From assembly GCA_964585475.1 (NCBI GenBank), contig CAZPDF010000004.1, positions 23,169-87,168 on the forward strand: a stretch of 64,000 nt of DNA, read 5' to 3'. Numbering within the stretch: the first letter of the stretch is position 1; the number at the start of each line of letters is the position of its first letter. Origin of the DNA: an uncultured Candidatus Saccharibacteria bacterium. GTDB taxonomy: Bacteria; Patescibacteriota; Minisyncoccia; Sungbacterales; HO2-52-23. Below, piece by piece: positions 46,546-54,176 of this stretch. The translations under genes were made by a program, and so were the position numbers. The notes beneath the pieces were generated by a model. It searched no databases. It worked only from the letters and a program-made list of their open reading frames with translations, and was not told the origin of the DNA.

Positions 46546-48693
46546 CTACTCTGCCTTTGCGGCTTCTACCTTTTTCGGATTAACCCGCAAATACTTATGA
46601 ACCCCAAAGCTTAACAGCGCCATTAAAATCAGAGAGGCAATAAGAAGAATCCACCATGATGAAACAGCCGCGGGCGCTTTCTCTTCAACCTTTATCCAAA
46701 ATTCAGCTGTCAGAGCTTCGTCTTGGGGCAAGGCAATGCCCTTGGGCCGAAACTGGGCAAATATTTTATAAAGTCCCGCCTCCGGAAATACAGCGTGGAA
46801 ATTTATCACCTCATCCTTTCCCTCCTCATGGATTGCTCCCGGCACCTCCTCATCTCCATGGGCAAGAGCTTCAGGAACCATACGCAAACTATGATGATCT
46901 CCTATTTCGGGATGCGTATGTATAAACTGCTTCCAGTCATCCTTGATTATCGTCAAATGCATTTTTGCGGCAAGATAATCCTCTACCTCAACCTCGTCTC
47001 CGGTGAAAGTATGGACGTCAAAAGACAATTCATGCTCATGCCCCTTTGCAACCGGCTCATCAATTTTTAACGCAACCTGATACTGTCCGACAATAACGTT
47101 TCTTCCAAGAGAAACTTTTCTCTCGTCCCGCGGACCTTCGCCCGCAACCGAGATTTCCGGATGGCCAAAGGAATGATTAACGCCGTCTTTTTTAATTTCT
47201 GACCAGATCTTATAAAGCCCGGGGTTGGAAAATGCATAATTAACCAGTAAATGTCCGGGGGTAGACGTGGGGCTGGGATGTATATGGAAAAATTCATTCA
47301 TGTCGCTCCGAAGACCTATGACATGCATGAGTTTGGAGTGCTCAATTTCTAAATCCTGGACCGGAACAGGGACGTTTCCCGGCTTGTCGTTTATAAAGAA
47401 ATCAAGTTTTTGTACTTGACCGGTTCGGTAAGGAACGGGCGCGATATTCAAATTTACTGCAACCCCCTCCCGCACTTCATTTTCCTCATGATATTGTGCC
47501 GCTCCGTGCTCGTCATGTGCTCCTCCAGTGCCTTCTGACATCACCATTGAATGACCCGAGGGTGGCGGGACCGTAAATGTCCAGCCGGTTGAATTACCGA
47601 TAACAAGGGCAATAGCAATGTATGTTATGGAAAGCCATAACATCGTACGCCGGGACGGACGCTTAAAAATAAACGCGGCCAGTATCGTCACCGCCAGGAG
47701 CCCCAGAAAGAACATATTCCCGTACTTAATAAAACCAGAAATATCAACGAGCGGATGCTCGTGCTTGAGTATGGTTTCGCCGAACCGCTCGCCCGAAATA
47801 TTGACTACAAATTGCTCCCATGCGCTATGAGTACCTGAAGCAATAAACCAGTCATGGCCAAAGATGCCGAAGGTAAGAAGATATGCGCCGATGATGAGAA
47901 GCATCCACCCCATTACTTTCCCAATGCCCTCTTTATGCCGGGCGACACCGGAGAGCGCATTCACGCCCAAAGTGCCAAGAATTGCAAGGAAAATAAGCGG
48001 TACTGACCGCCCCATGCCGTGAACAAAACCAAGAAACCATCCGTTAAATATATCGCCCGTAGTTGCGATGTATCCCAGAAGCACATAGAAAGCGGGGTTT
48101 GGACAGCCGACACCGGCATTGCCCAGAAGCAGCCCAAGAAGAAATGTCTTCATATAATCTTTTCGGCGCTGGATAAAATCAGGGAACTTGCCGGAATACG
48201 AGGGAAGTTTAAATTTTATTAGCCCGACCTCGGATAATCCGAAAATAAATGCGGCGAACCCTCCAAAAAGAACCGCGTAGACCTCTGCATCAGACTTGAG
48301 GCCGAAAGCTTTACCAGCAGCCGCAATAAAGACCCCATATAAGGAAAGTGTGATCGTGAGCCCCAGAGTAAAGGTAAGCGCCATAATAAGTCCTTTCTTG
48401 GGGTCCTTCCCCATGGTCAAGGGAACAATGACAAAAGCAAGCGGCAGGGTGCAGGGCAAAAAAATCATGGAAAGGCCCGCGACAAATGAAAGTGTCAACC
48501 CCACGGTAAGCTCCGGAGTCGTAGCCATCCAAAAAAGACCCACCACGAAAACAATAAATAAGAAAAAACCGAATATCCCGATCTTAAATCTGATTGATTT
48601 TTCGTGTTGCGCCTCTTCAGCCGTTACTGGCGGCTTGGTCTGACTCGGCTGCGGCTCTCCTCCGACAGGAGGAGTAATAGTATTTGGTTCCAT
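46546..48693 (-). CDS. CcdA/DsbD-type TM domain fused to two His-rich extracytoplasmic beta domains
   Basis: LPCTLP and GCPNP Cys pair; HSKLMH...FFHIHP and MHL...FIHTHP; C-terminal TM. Confidence 0.8.
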   Translation of the reverse strand: MEPNTITPPVGGEPQPSQTKPPVTAEEAQHEKSIRFKIGIFGFFLFIVFVVGLFWMATTPELTVGLTLSFVAGLSMIFLPCTLPLAFVIVPLTMGKDPKKGLIMALTFTLGLTITLSLYGVFIAAAGKAFGLKSDAEVYAVLFGGFAAFIFGLSEVGLIKFKLPSYSGKFPDFIQRRKDYMKTFLLGLLLGNAGVGCPNPAFYVLLGYIATTGDIFNGWFLGFVHGMGRSVPLIFLAILGTLGVNALSGVARHKEGIGKVMGWMLLIIGAYLLTFGIFGHDWFIASGTHSAWEQFVVNISGERFGETILKHEHPLVDISGFIKYGNMFFLGLLAVTILAAFIFKRPSRRTMLWLSITYIAIALVIGNSTGWTFTVPPPSGHSMVMSEGTGGAHDEHGAAQYHEENEVREGVAVNLNIAPVPYRTGQVQKLDFFINDKPGNVPVPVQDLEIEHSKLMHVIGLRSDMNEFFHIHPSPTSTPGHLLVNYAFSNPGLYKIWSEIKKDGVNHSFGHPEISVAGEGPRDERKVSLGRNVIVGQYQVALKIDEPVAKGHEHELSFDVHTFTGDEVEVEDYLAAKMHLTIIKDDWKQFIHTHPEIGDHHSLRMVPEALAHGDEEVPGAIHEEGKDEVINFHAVFPEAGLYKIFAQFRPKGIALPQDEALTAEFWIKVEEKAPAAVSSWWILLIASLILMALLSFGVHKYLRVNPKKVEAAKAE

Positions 48694-48729
48694 GAAATTT
48701 ATGAATTTAATTAAACTGGTAAGTGCTTG

Positions 48730-49173
48730 TTATTTTACGTATTGTGTGGCTTCGCCGAGAGTTTCTTTTGGAAGATCCCGAGAAAGGGTGATTATTAAAA
48801 GCGCCAAAGCCGCGCCCAAAAGTCCTATATCGCGGAAAGTAATCGAGAAATTTACTTCGCTGAAAGGAAGAAAGGCAAGTATAAAAATTGTGAGAAACTC
48901 AAGCGTTGAAAGAAGCGCAACCAACTTCACCAGCGGCGGTTTCGCGAACCAGGCAAGAAGTACGAGCGCCATGAATATTTCGAGCGCCCCCTGCATCCGT
49001 AAATAGCCGTCAAGCGGGATGATTTGCGCAATAATCTCCCGAAGCCAATATGGCAACACCCAGTACCATGCCCTCGGATGCGCCATAAGGTGATAACCCG
49101 AATAAAGGTACATGGTCCCCAAAGATAAACGCAGAATCCATTCCGGTTTTAATTTTTGTAAATAGCTGGTTAT
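48730..49173 (-). CDS. DoxX-like membrane protein (probable ATA start overlapping the upstream TAA)
   Basis: EWILRLSLG upstream of the TTG at 49122; GALEI, FRDIGLLG. Confidence 0.7.
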   Translation of the reverse strand: MTSYLQKLKPEWILRLSLGTMYLYSGYHLMAHPRAWYWVLPYWLREIIAQIIPLDGYLRMQGALEIFMALVLLAWFAKPPLVKLVALLSTLEFLTIFILAFLPFSEVNFSITFRDIGLLGAALALLIITLSRDLPKETLGEATQYVK

Positions 49174-49433
49174 GATAATTCTTTTAGCTTTTCTACAAAT
49201 TTCTCCTTATTAAAACCCCCCGTAGCCCAAAGTTCACCGTTTAAAATTATTCCCGGAGACGCAAAAATCATATGTTTCCCGGCCATTTCTTGACCCTCCG
49301 GCGTAGTTACGTCAACTTTCTTATACGACACGCTCGGCCAATCCTTCTCAATAGAGTGCCAAAATTCTTCGAAGGCCTTGCAGATGTGGCATCCGGGCGC
49401 AACCAACTCTTCAAGCAAAATCGGCTTTACCAT
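49170..49433 (-). CDS. Thioredoxin/glutaredoxin-like protein
   Basis: APGCHIC, SPGIILNG. Confidence 0.88.
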   Translation of the reverse strand: MVKPILLEELVAPGCHICKAFEEFWHSIEKDWPSVSYKKVDVTTPEGQEMAGKHMIFASPGIILNGELWATGGFNKEKFVEKLKELS

Positions 49434-49842
49434 TATCGTAATTATATCCTATCTAAAGGGCGGAACCCTAATTCTCTTTTCCACATATTCTCTGTGATAA
49501 TTCGATAAGTTTATGATGCAATACTAAACTTTATAAAAACATGTTATAATAAGTGCAGAGGAGGAAAATGCGGCAAAGATAAGAGCTTTTTAAAAGAAAC
49601 CACTCGGAATCGCAACTTGCGGGATAATCTGTCAAGTACTTTGATAACCTCTCTTTACATCAAAAAGAGAGGTTTTTGTAAACAAAGTGTGGAAAAGTTC
49701 TGGGTAAGGGTGGAACAAATCCTGAATATCTCCGGTCCCATTGTCTCCATCAACGCTAAAAAATAGCGTAGGAAGGCGATAATGAGGACGGGGGTCAGCA
49801 CACCCAGCCATACCGGGATCCTATTTGGAGAAGGGTCTGGGT

Positions 49843-50334
49843 ATGGCCTGGTGGACACACTTATTATTCTTCAGGAGTTATCCTGATGCCCAAAATGGGA
49901 AAATTTCGAAAGAAGAAAATCTCTTCGCTTTGTTTAATCGTGCCCTCCGAGAGTATATTTACAAAAATTTTCTCGACATCCTCCATTTCGTCCTTTCCAT
50001 CTGTACGTACGTATATCTGGGACTGGCCATTGTCACATTTTTCTTTGAAGAATACGTGCCGGCTGCCTTCCCCTCGGTTATTGAAACGCTCTCGGAACCG
50101 TACCTGGGAGTATTGGGAATCTATGTGGTGGTGCGGGAACTGGAACGAAGACGCGGCCGACAGGTACGTACGGGCCTGGGAGAACTCTTTGCGGTAATTT
50201 GGTTTTTCTTCTTCGTCGCGGCAAGTTTCCTCACCTATTTCTCAGAACACTATGCTCTAAGCGCCATCTACAAAACCGTGGTCACCAATGCTCTGGCCGC
50301 CCTAATTATAAGAATTGGGATACTACTTAGATAA
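49843..50334 (+). CDS. Four-TM hypothetical membrane protein
   Basis: Hydrophobic segments; EPYLGVLGIYVVVRE. Confidence 0.7.
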   Translation: MAWWTHLLFFRSYPDAQNGKISKEENLFALFNRALREYIYKNFLDILHFVLSICTYVYLGLAIVTFFFEEYVPAAFPSVIETLSEPYLGVLGIYVVVRELERRRGRQVRTGLGELFAVIWFFFFVAASFLTYFSEHYALSAIYKTVVTNALAALIIRIGILLR

Positions 50335-50341
50335 TGGGCGG

Positions 50342-50380
50342 GCCGCACTAATTATCCGCGTGGGAACTCTTCTTCGATGA
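50342..50380 (+). pseudogene. Second, diverged copy of the last 12 codons of the upstream gene
   Basis: AALIIRVGTLLR* versus AALIIRIGILLR* (50296-50334). Confidence 0.75.
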
Positions 50381-50388
50381 TCTGGCCA

Positions 50389-50430
50389 GATAAGAAAATG
50401 CTCCGACTTGGGTCGGAGCATTTTCTTATC
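50389..50430. terminator. Bidirectional intrinsic terminator
   Basis: gataagaaaatgctccgac-ttgg-gtcggagcattttcttatc. Confidence 0.8.
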
Positions 50431-50455
50431 CAAAAATATCGAGTAGCGCCGCCGA

Positions 50456-50842
50456 CTAAAACAAACTATACGACCATGGCTCCGGAACGGCTGCCAACAT
50501 CAACGCCGCCCCAAGAAGCGCCATATTCTTTGTGAAATTCACCATCTCCATCATTTTCATGTTCGGATCCGAAATCTTCCAGAAGGCGTGCATCTTGAAA
50601 GAAACCGAGACCAAAAAGAGGACCAGTGAGGCGATCGCCCAAGGAATCAAAACTCCGAGGAAAATCCCTAGCCCTCCCAAAAGTATGAGGAGGCCGGAAA
50701 ACACAACTGCAAATCCGGGAGCGGGTACTCCTTTTGATGAAGCGTACCCAGTGAGCATTCCCCTTTTCATTAAATGGTTCATACCATTCATAATGAAAAA
50801 CCCTCCATAGAGCATTCGTCCAATCAAAAAAATAATTTCCAT
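50456..50842 (-). CDS. DoxX family protein
   Basis: IGRMLYGGFF..G.NH, MHAFW, FTKNMALLG; start reassigned to ATG 50842. Confidence 0.9.
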   Translation of the reverse strand: MEIIFLIGRMLYGGFFIMNGMNHLMKRGMLTGYASSKGVPAPGFAVVFSGLLILLGGLGIFLGVLIPWAIASLVLFLVSVSFKMHAFWKISDPNMKMMEMVNFTKNMALLGAALMLAAVPEPWSYSLF

Positions 50843-50862
50843 ATTCTTAATTTGCGGATTTA

Positions 50863-50950
50863 CCCCGTTACTTAGAATACCCTGCAGTCGAGTCAGACTC
50901 GACTGCGGTTTCACGCCATAGAGTTACCGCGGTAGTCGTTCGTAACTAGG
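50863..50950. mobile_element. Degenerate MITE-like element of the CCCCGTTA family
   Basis: ccccgttac...gtaactagg flanked by ttta/ttta; internal palindrome gcagtcgagtcagactcgactgc. Confidence 0.5.
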
Positions 50951-50951
50951 T

Positions 50952-51509
50952 TTATCCCTTTATTCTGCTTCGACCTTTGTCCATATTCTTCATTCTTCTC
51001 CCTATGAACCAACCCGCGATTAACCCCAATAAAAGGCCACCTCCCACGCCCAGAAAAGGCGGGCTATTTTGATCATTATTTTTTCGTTCCTGAACATCTA
51101 TCAAGAAATCTGGCGCCTCATAAATTTCCTCTGGATTTGAGGCAAGCGCGAAATCAAAAAATATTTCATGAAGACCAGCATCACTAAAAGTATATTGAAG
51201 TTCCAATACGCCACCTTTGACCCGAAGATTGCCCTGTTCGAAGACAAACTTTCTATCTCTCGCCAGTTTTGAAATCCGAACCCTTACGACAAGATCCTCC
51301 CCGAAGAGATTATTTGTTTTGAGGTCCACGAATGAAGCAAGAAAAGAGGTCTTTATGCCAACATGAGGAGTAAAAGGCGCACGGGAAAGATTAATATAAA
51401 ATTTTCCTTCAACAATGCGCTGATCGCCGCCGTTCGCAAAGGAAAAAAGGGGTACTAGTACTACAGAAATCAATATAATCAAAAATGGGATTATAGATTT
51501 GGGTATCAT
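50952..51509 (-). CDS. Secreted/membrane beta-sandwich protein (YtkA-like)
   Basis: Signal peptide, YTFSDAGLHEIFFDF, C-terminal TM. Confidence 0.65.
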   Translation of the reverse strand: MIPKSIIPFLIILISVVLVPLFSFANGGDQRIVEGKFYINLSRAPFTPHVGIKTSFLASFVDLKTNNLFGEDLVVRVRISKLARDRKFVFEQGNLRVKGGVLELQYTFSDAGLHEIFFDFALASNPEEIYEAPDFLIDVQERKNNDQNSPPFLGVGGGLLLGLIAGWFIGRRMKNMDKGRSRIKG

Positions 51510-51564
51510 TCTTGTGACGTCGAGGACTTATTAACAAAAAATCTCGCAATGAAGGGCAAAATTA

Positions 51565-51828
51565 CTAATCCGATTGCAAGGCTAACCGATTCGAACTCTT
51601 ATCTTGTTCGCAAGCGACACAACCCTTATGTTCGCTATGACCTTTATTCATGGCACGCATAGCCAAAACCATTGAAATCGGACAAAGAGCGAAAAAAAGA
51701 AATGGCGCAAACGCTATCGCTTGTTGCGAAGAAAATATAAAGAATAGTCCCGCGCCAAGCGCAATCACCACCAGCAACCCTTTCAAGTTGAAACACCTGC
51801 TTACAAGTTTTGATTGTTGTTTGTTCAT
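51565..51828 (-). CDS. DUF2933-like small membrane protein
   Basis: Two TMs, LCPISM..AM, His/Cys tail. Confidence 0.6.
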   Translation of the reverse strand: MNKQQSKLVSRCFNLKGLLVVIALGAGLFFIFSSQQAIAFAPFLFFALCPISMVLAMRAMNKGHSEHKGCVACEQDKSSNRLALQSD

Positions 51829-51833
51829 AATCT

Positions 51834-53480
51834 TTATGTGCCACACGAGGCGCCGCCTTTTTGTTGCGGAACAAGACCGAGTTCGCTTACTTTTTGCTCA
51901 ACAAGGCTTGCTCCACTTGCGCTTGAATAATCCTTGCCCATTATCATCTTAGGATCGACCTTATTCCAGTCGGTGTTTTTTACCGCCTTAAAATAGAGTG
52001 CGGTCTGAACGTAATTATGCGGAAACCAAAATGAATTGAAGGCAAGCGCTTCTCGGTACAGCTCATCTTCGGTAAGTCCTTGGGATGCCCCGAGCTGGAG
52101 AAGCCCCAAAAGAGCTGACCCGTGATTGCAATCCTGATAGAAAGTCGAGTTATTGCAACAGGGCCTGTAGGTGTTTTGAGCAATTTTTGTGACGAGTGCC
52201 TCCTCAACCGGCGTAAGCTCCACAATTTTGAATTTGTTGAAGTAAGCGCCGCCGTTTTCTTCTTTGCCCAAATCCCATCCGCCAGTTGATGCAAAACTAA
52301 AGAGCGACCTGCCATTGATTGGGCTTTCTTTATTTGACGACATATAATTTGCAAGTCCAATCGGCCACATGAAATTTACATAGTAGTTGGCGTTTTTCCG
52401 CGTCAGTATAATAGGCTTCTGGGATGGTGTATCGAGGATGTTTTTCAATTCATCGGGGAATCCGCCGCGATCTTGGTAAATTGCCAAAAATTTCTCGCGA
52501 TCTATCACGCCGTTTTGTGTGAGTTTTACCACGCTCGCGCCGAGTGCGATTTTACTTTGGAATCCTTGCTCCGGCAGAACCTGTGCGGTGACTTCATCAA
52601 CAAGTTTATTTCCCGTTCCCGAAATGTCGACGTTGTAGAGCGTGTTGTCATTCGGGTTGAAGATGCGGCTTTGGGCGAGGGCTTTCGCAATTATCGGTTC
52701 GGTTTTGAGCATATTCCAGCTCGCAAGCGAAAGCGCGATAACAACGGCCAAAAGCGCAAGGAGCCACGGCCGATCCGATTCTTTGAATCGGTGATCTTTT
52801 GGCACAGGACAGGTTGCGTCGCCGCATTCAAGCTTTTTGAGATCTCTCCGCATGAGCCAGACCGGCAAGGCCATGAGTCCAAACGAGAGCGCTTTGAGCT
52901 CTAAACCTTGAAGTGGAAAAGCGGCAAGCCCCCCGGCGATTCCGATCGCGGAAAGTATGGTTGAGCCGCAGACAGGACAGGCGGAAGCAGCAATGCCTAC
53001 GATGGAACCGAATCCAGAAGCGGTCCCTCCTTTGCTAAAGCTTCGGAGGGCAAAGCCGAATTTTCTCCAACGATAGACAAGGAGCGAGATATTAACGCCG
53101 AATAGCGCAATTGCTCCAAGCGTCAGAATCACATACGGCCAGAAGTAAAGAGGTGTGCTATATGTATTAGTGATGACATTCGTAATTGCCGAATCAAGGC
53201 GGAGCACCCAATAGAGGACAAGGAAGAAAGCGAGTGATGAGATAATGCCGATGAGTCCATAGAAAAGTTTCGTCAAAAATTTGATGTCTTCCGGCTTGAG
53301 ATCGTATTTTTCCCTTTCCTCATCTTGCGGAATAGCATGTGCCGTGATTTCAATATTGCAGCTTTTGTGTTCCCGGCACCACGCCTCGCATTTCTCGGCC
53401 CACTCTTTATCTTCGTATTTGAAGCCGCACTCCTCGCATTGATGCAATTCTTTATTTTGTTGTTGAATTATTTTGACCAT
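51834..53480 (-). CDS. Multi-domain Cys-rich membrane protein (putative metal binding)
   Basis: CEECG...CEAWCREHKSC; TM ACPVCG; CGDATCP; extracellular PCCNNS...DCNHG; terminal SCGT. Confidence 0.75.
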   Translation of the reverse strand: MVKIIQQQNKELHQCEECGFKYEDKEWAEKCEAWCREHKSCNIEITAHAIPQDEEREKYDLKPEDIKFLTKLFYGLIGIISSLAFFLVLYWVLRLDSAITNVITNTYSTPLYFWPYVILTLGAIALFGVNISLLVYRWRKFGFALRSFSKGGTASGFGSIVGIAASACPVCGSTILSAIGIAGGLAAFPLQGLELKALSFGLMALPVWLMRRDLKKLECGDATCPVPKDHRFKESDRPWLLALLAVVIALSLASWNMLKTEPIIAKALAQSRIFNPNDNTLYNVDISGTGNKLVDEVTAQVLPEQGFQSKIALGASVVKLTQNGVIDREKFLAIYQDRGGFPDELKNILDTPSQKPIILTRKNANYYVNFMWPIGLANYMSSNKESPINGRSLFSFASTGGWDLGKEENGGAYFNKFKIVELTPVEEALVTKIAQNTYRPCCNNSTFYQDCNHGSALLGLLQLGASQGLTEDELYREALAFNSFWFPHNYVQTALYFKAVKNTDWNKVDPKMIMGKDYSSASGASLVEQKVSELGLVPQQKGGASCGT

Positions 53481-53489
53481 AAGCGTGAA

Positions 53490-53702
53490 TTAATGATGGT
53501 GTTCGCTGTCGCCGCCGCAACCATCCGAGAGATTCCATACCTCGGTTAGTTGTTCGCCAGTGAAGCCGTGATCTTTAATAAGATATTTTCCTAATCCGCC
53601 GTAGACATACCACCGCCAGCATTTACAGCAGCAAGGCCCTTTTTCGCTTGAGTTTTGCATAGCATAATCATACGCTTTTTGTTCTTCTGGGGTAAACTTC
53701 AA
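53490..53702 (-). CDS. Small Cys/His-rich protein or truncated gene
   Basis: GPCCCKCWRW, DGCGG, HHH; TTG start after AAGGAG. Confidence 0.55.
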   Translation of the reverse strand: MKFTPEEQKAYDYAMQNSSEKGPCCCKCWRWYVYGGLGKYLIKDHGFTGEQLTEVWNLSDGCGGDSEHHH

Positions 53703-53808
53703 ATTGTATCTCCTTAGAAAATCTTCTGTTTAAAATCATAACATAATAATATTAAAAAACAGCCCTTGCGGGGCTTGCAAAAATCCTAAATATCCGAGGA
53801 GGATGATT

Positions 53809-53961
53809 TTAATCAATACTCGCCGGGAGATAACCCGAAAGAAAAACGAGAATCACCACAGCACCGAGGGCCGCCAAAGGCGGCACCGGGATTAGATGCG
53901 AAAAAAATGAAAGGGAAATCGAAATGAGTATGCCTATTGCCAAAAATAGACGCCGCGCCAT
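53809..53961 (-). CDS. Small two-TM protein
   Basis: MARRLFLAIGILISI...; 50 aa hydrophobic hairpin. Confidence 0.45.
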   Translation of the reverse strand: MARRLFLAIGILISISLSFFSHLIPVPPLAALGAVVILVFLSGYLPASID

Positions 53962-54022
53962 ACAGCCGTAGTAATTTAGCGGTGAAATTTTAGGACTCAT
54001 TCCGTCATCCCGCATAAAACAA

Positions 54023-54151
54023 TTATGTATCCGGATAACACTTTTTGCAGAGCTGATAGTTTTGGGGATCCGGAACGCCTACGTAGGAACAGCTCGGTGC
54101 GGAAGCAAAATTCGGACAGTACTGCTGAATCTATTGTTGATACTGCTCATC
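54023..54151 (-). pseudogene. Start-less Cys-rich coding relic
   Basis: DEQYQQ*IQQYCPNFASAPSCSYVGVPDPQNYQLCKKCYPDT*. Confidence 0.6.
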
Positions 54152-54176
54152 TTAAAATATGTTTGACTGATTTTGA

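Noticed and set aside
54131-54133. In-frame TAG as evidence of stop-codon recoding
   Set aside because: TAG, TGA and TAA all terminate intact genes in this window, and the relic also lacks a start codon.
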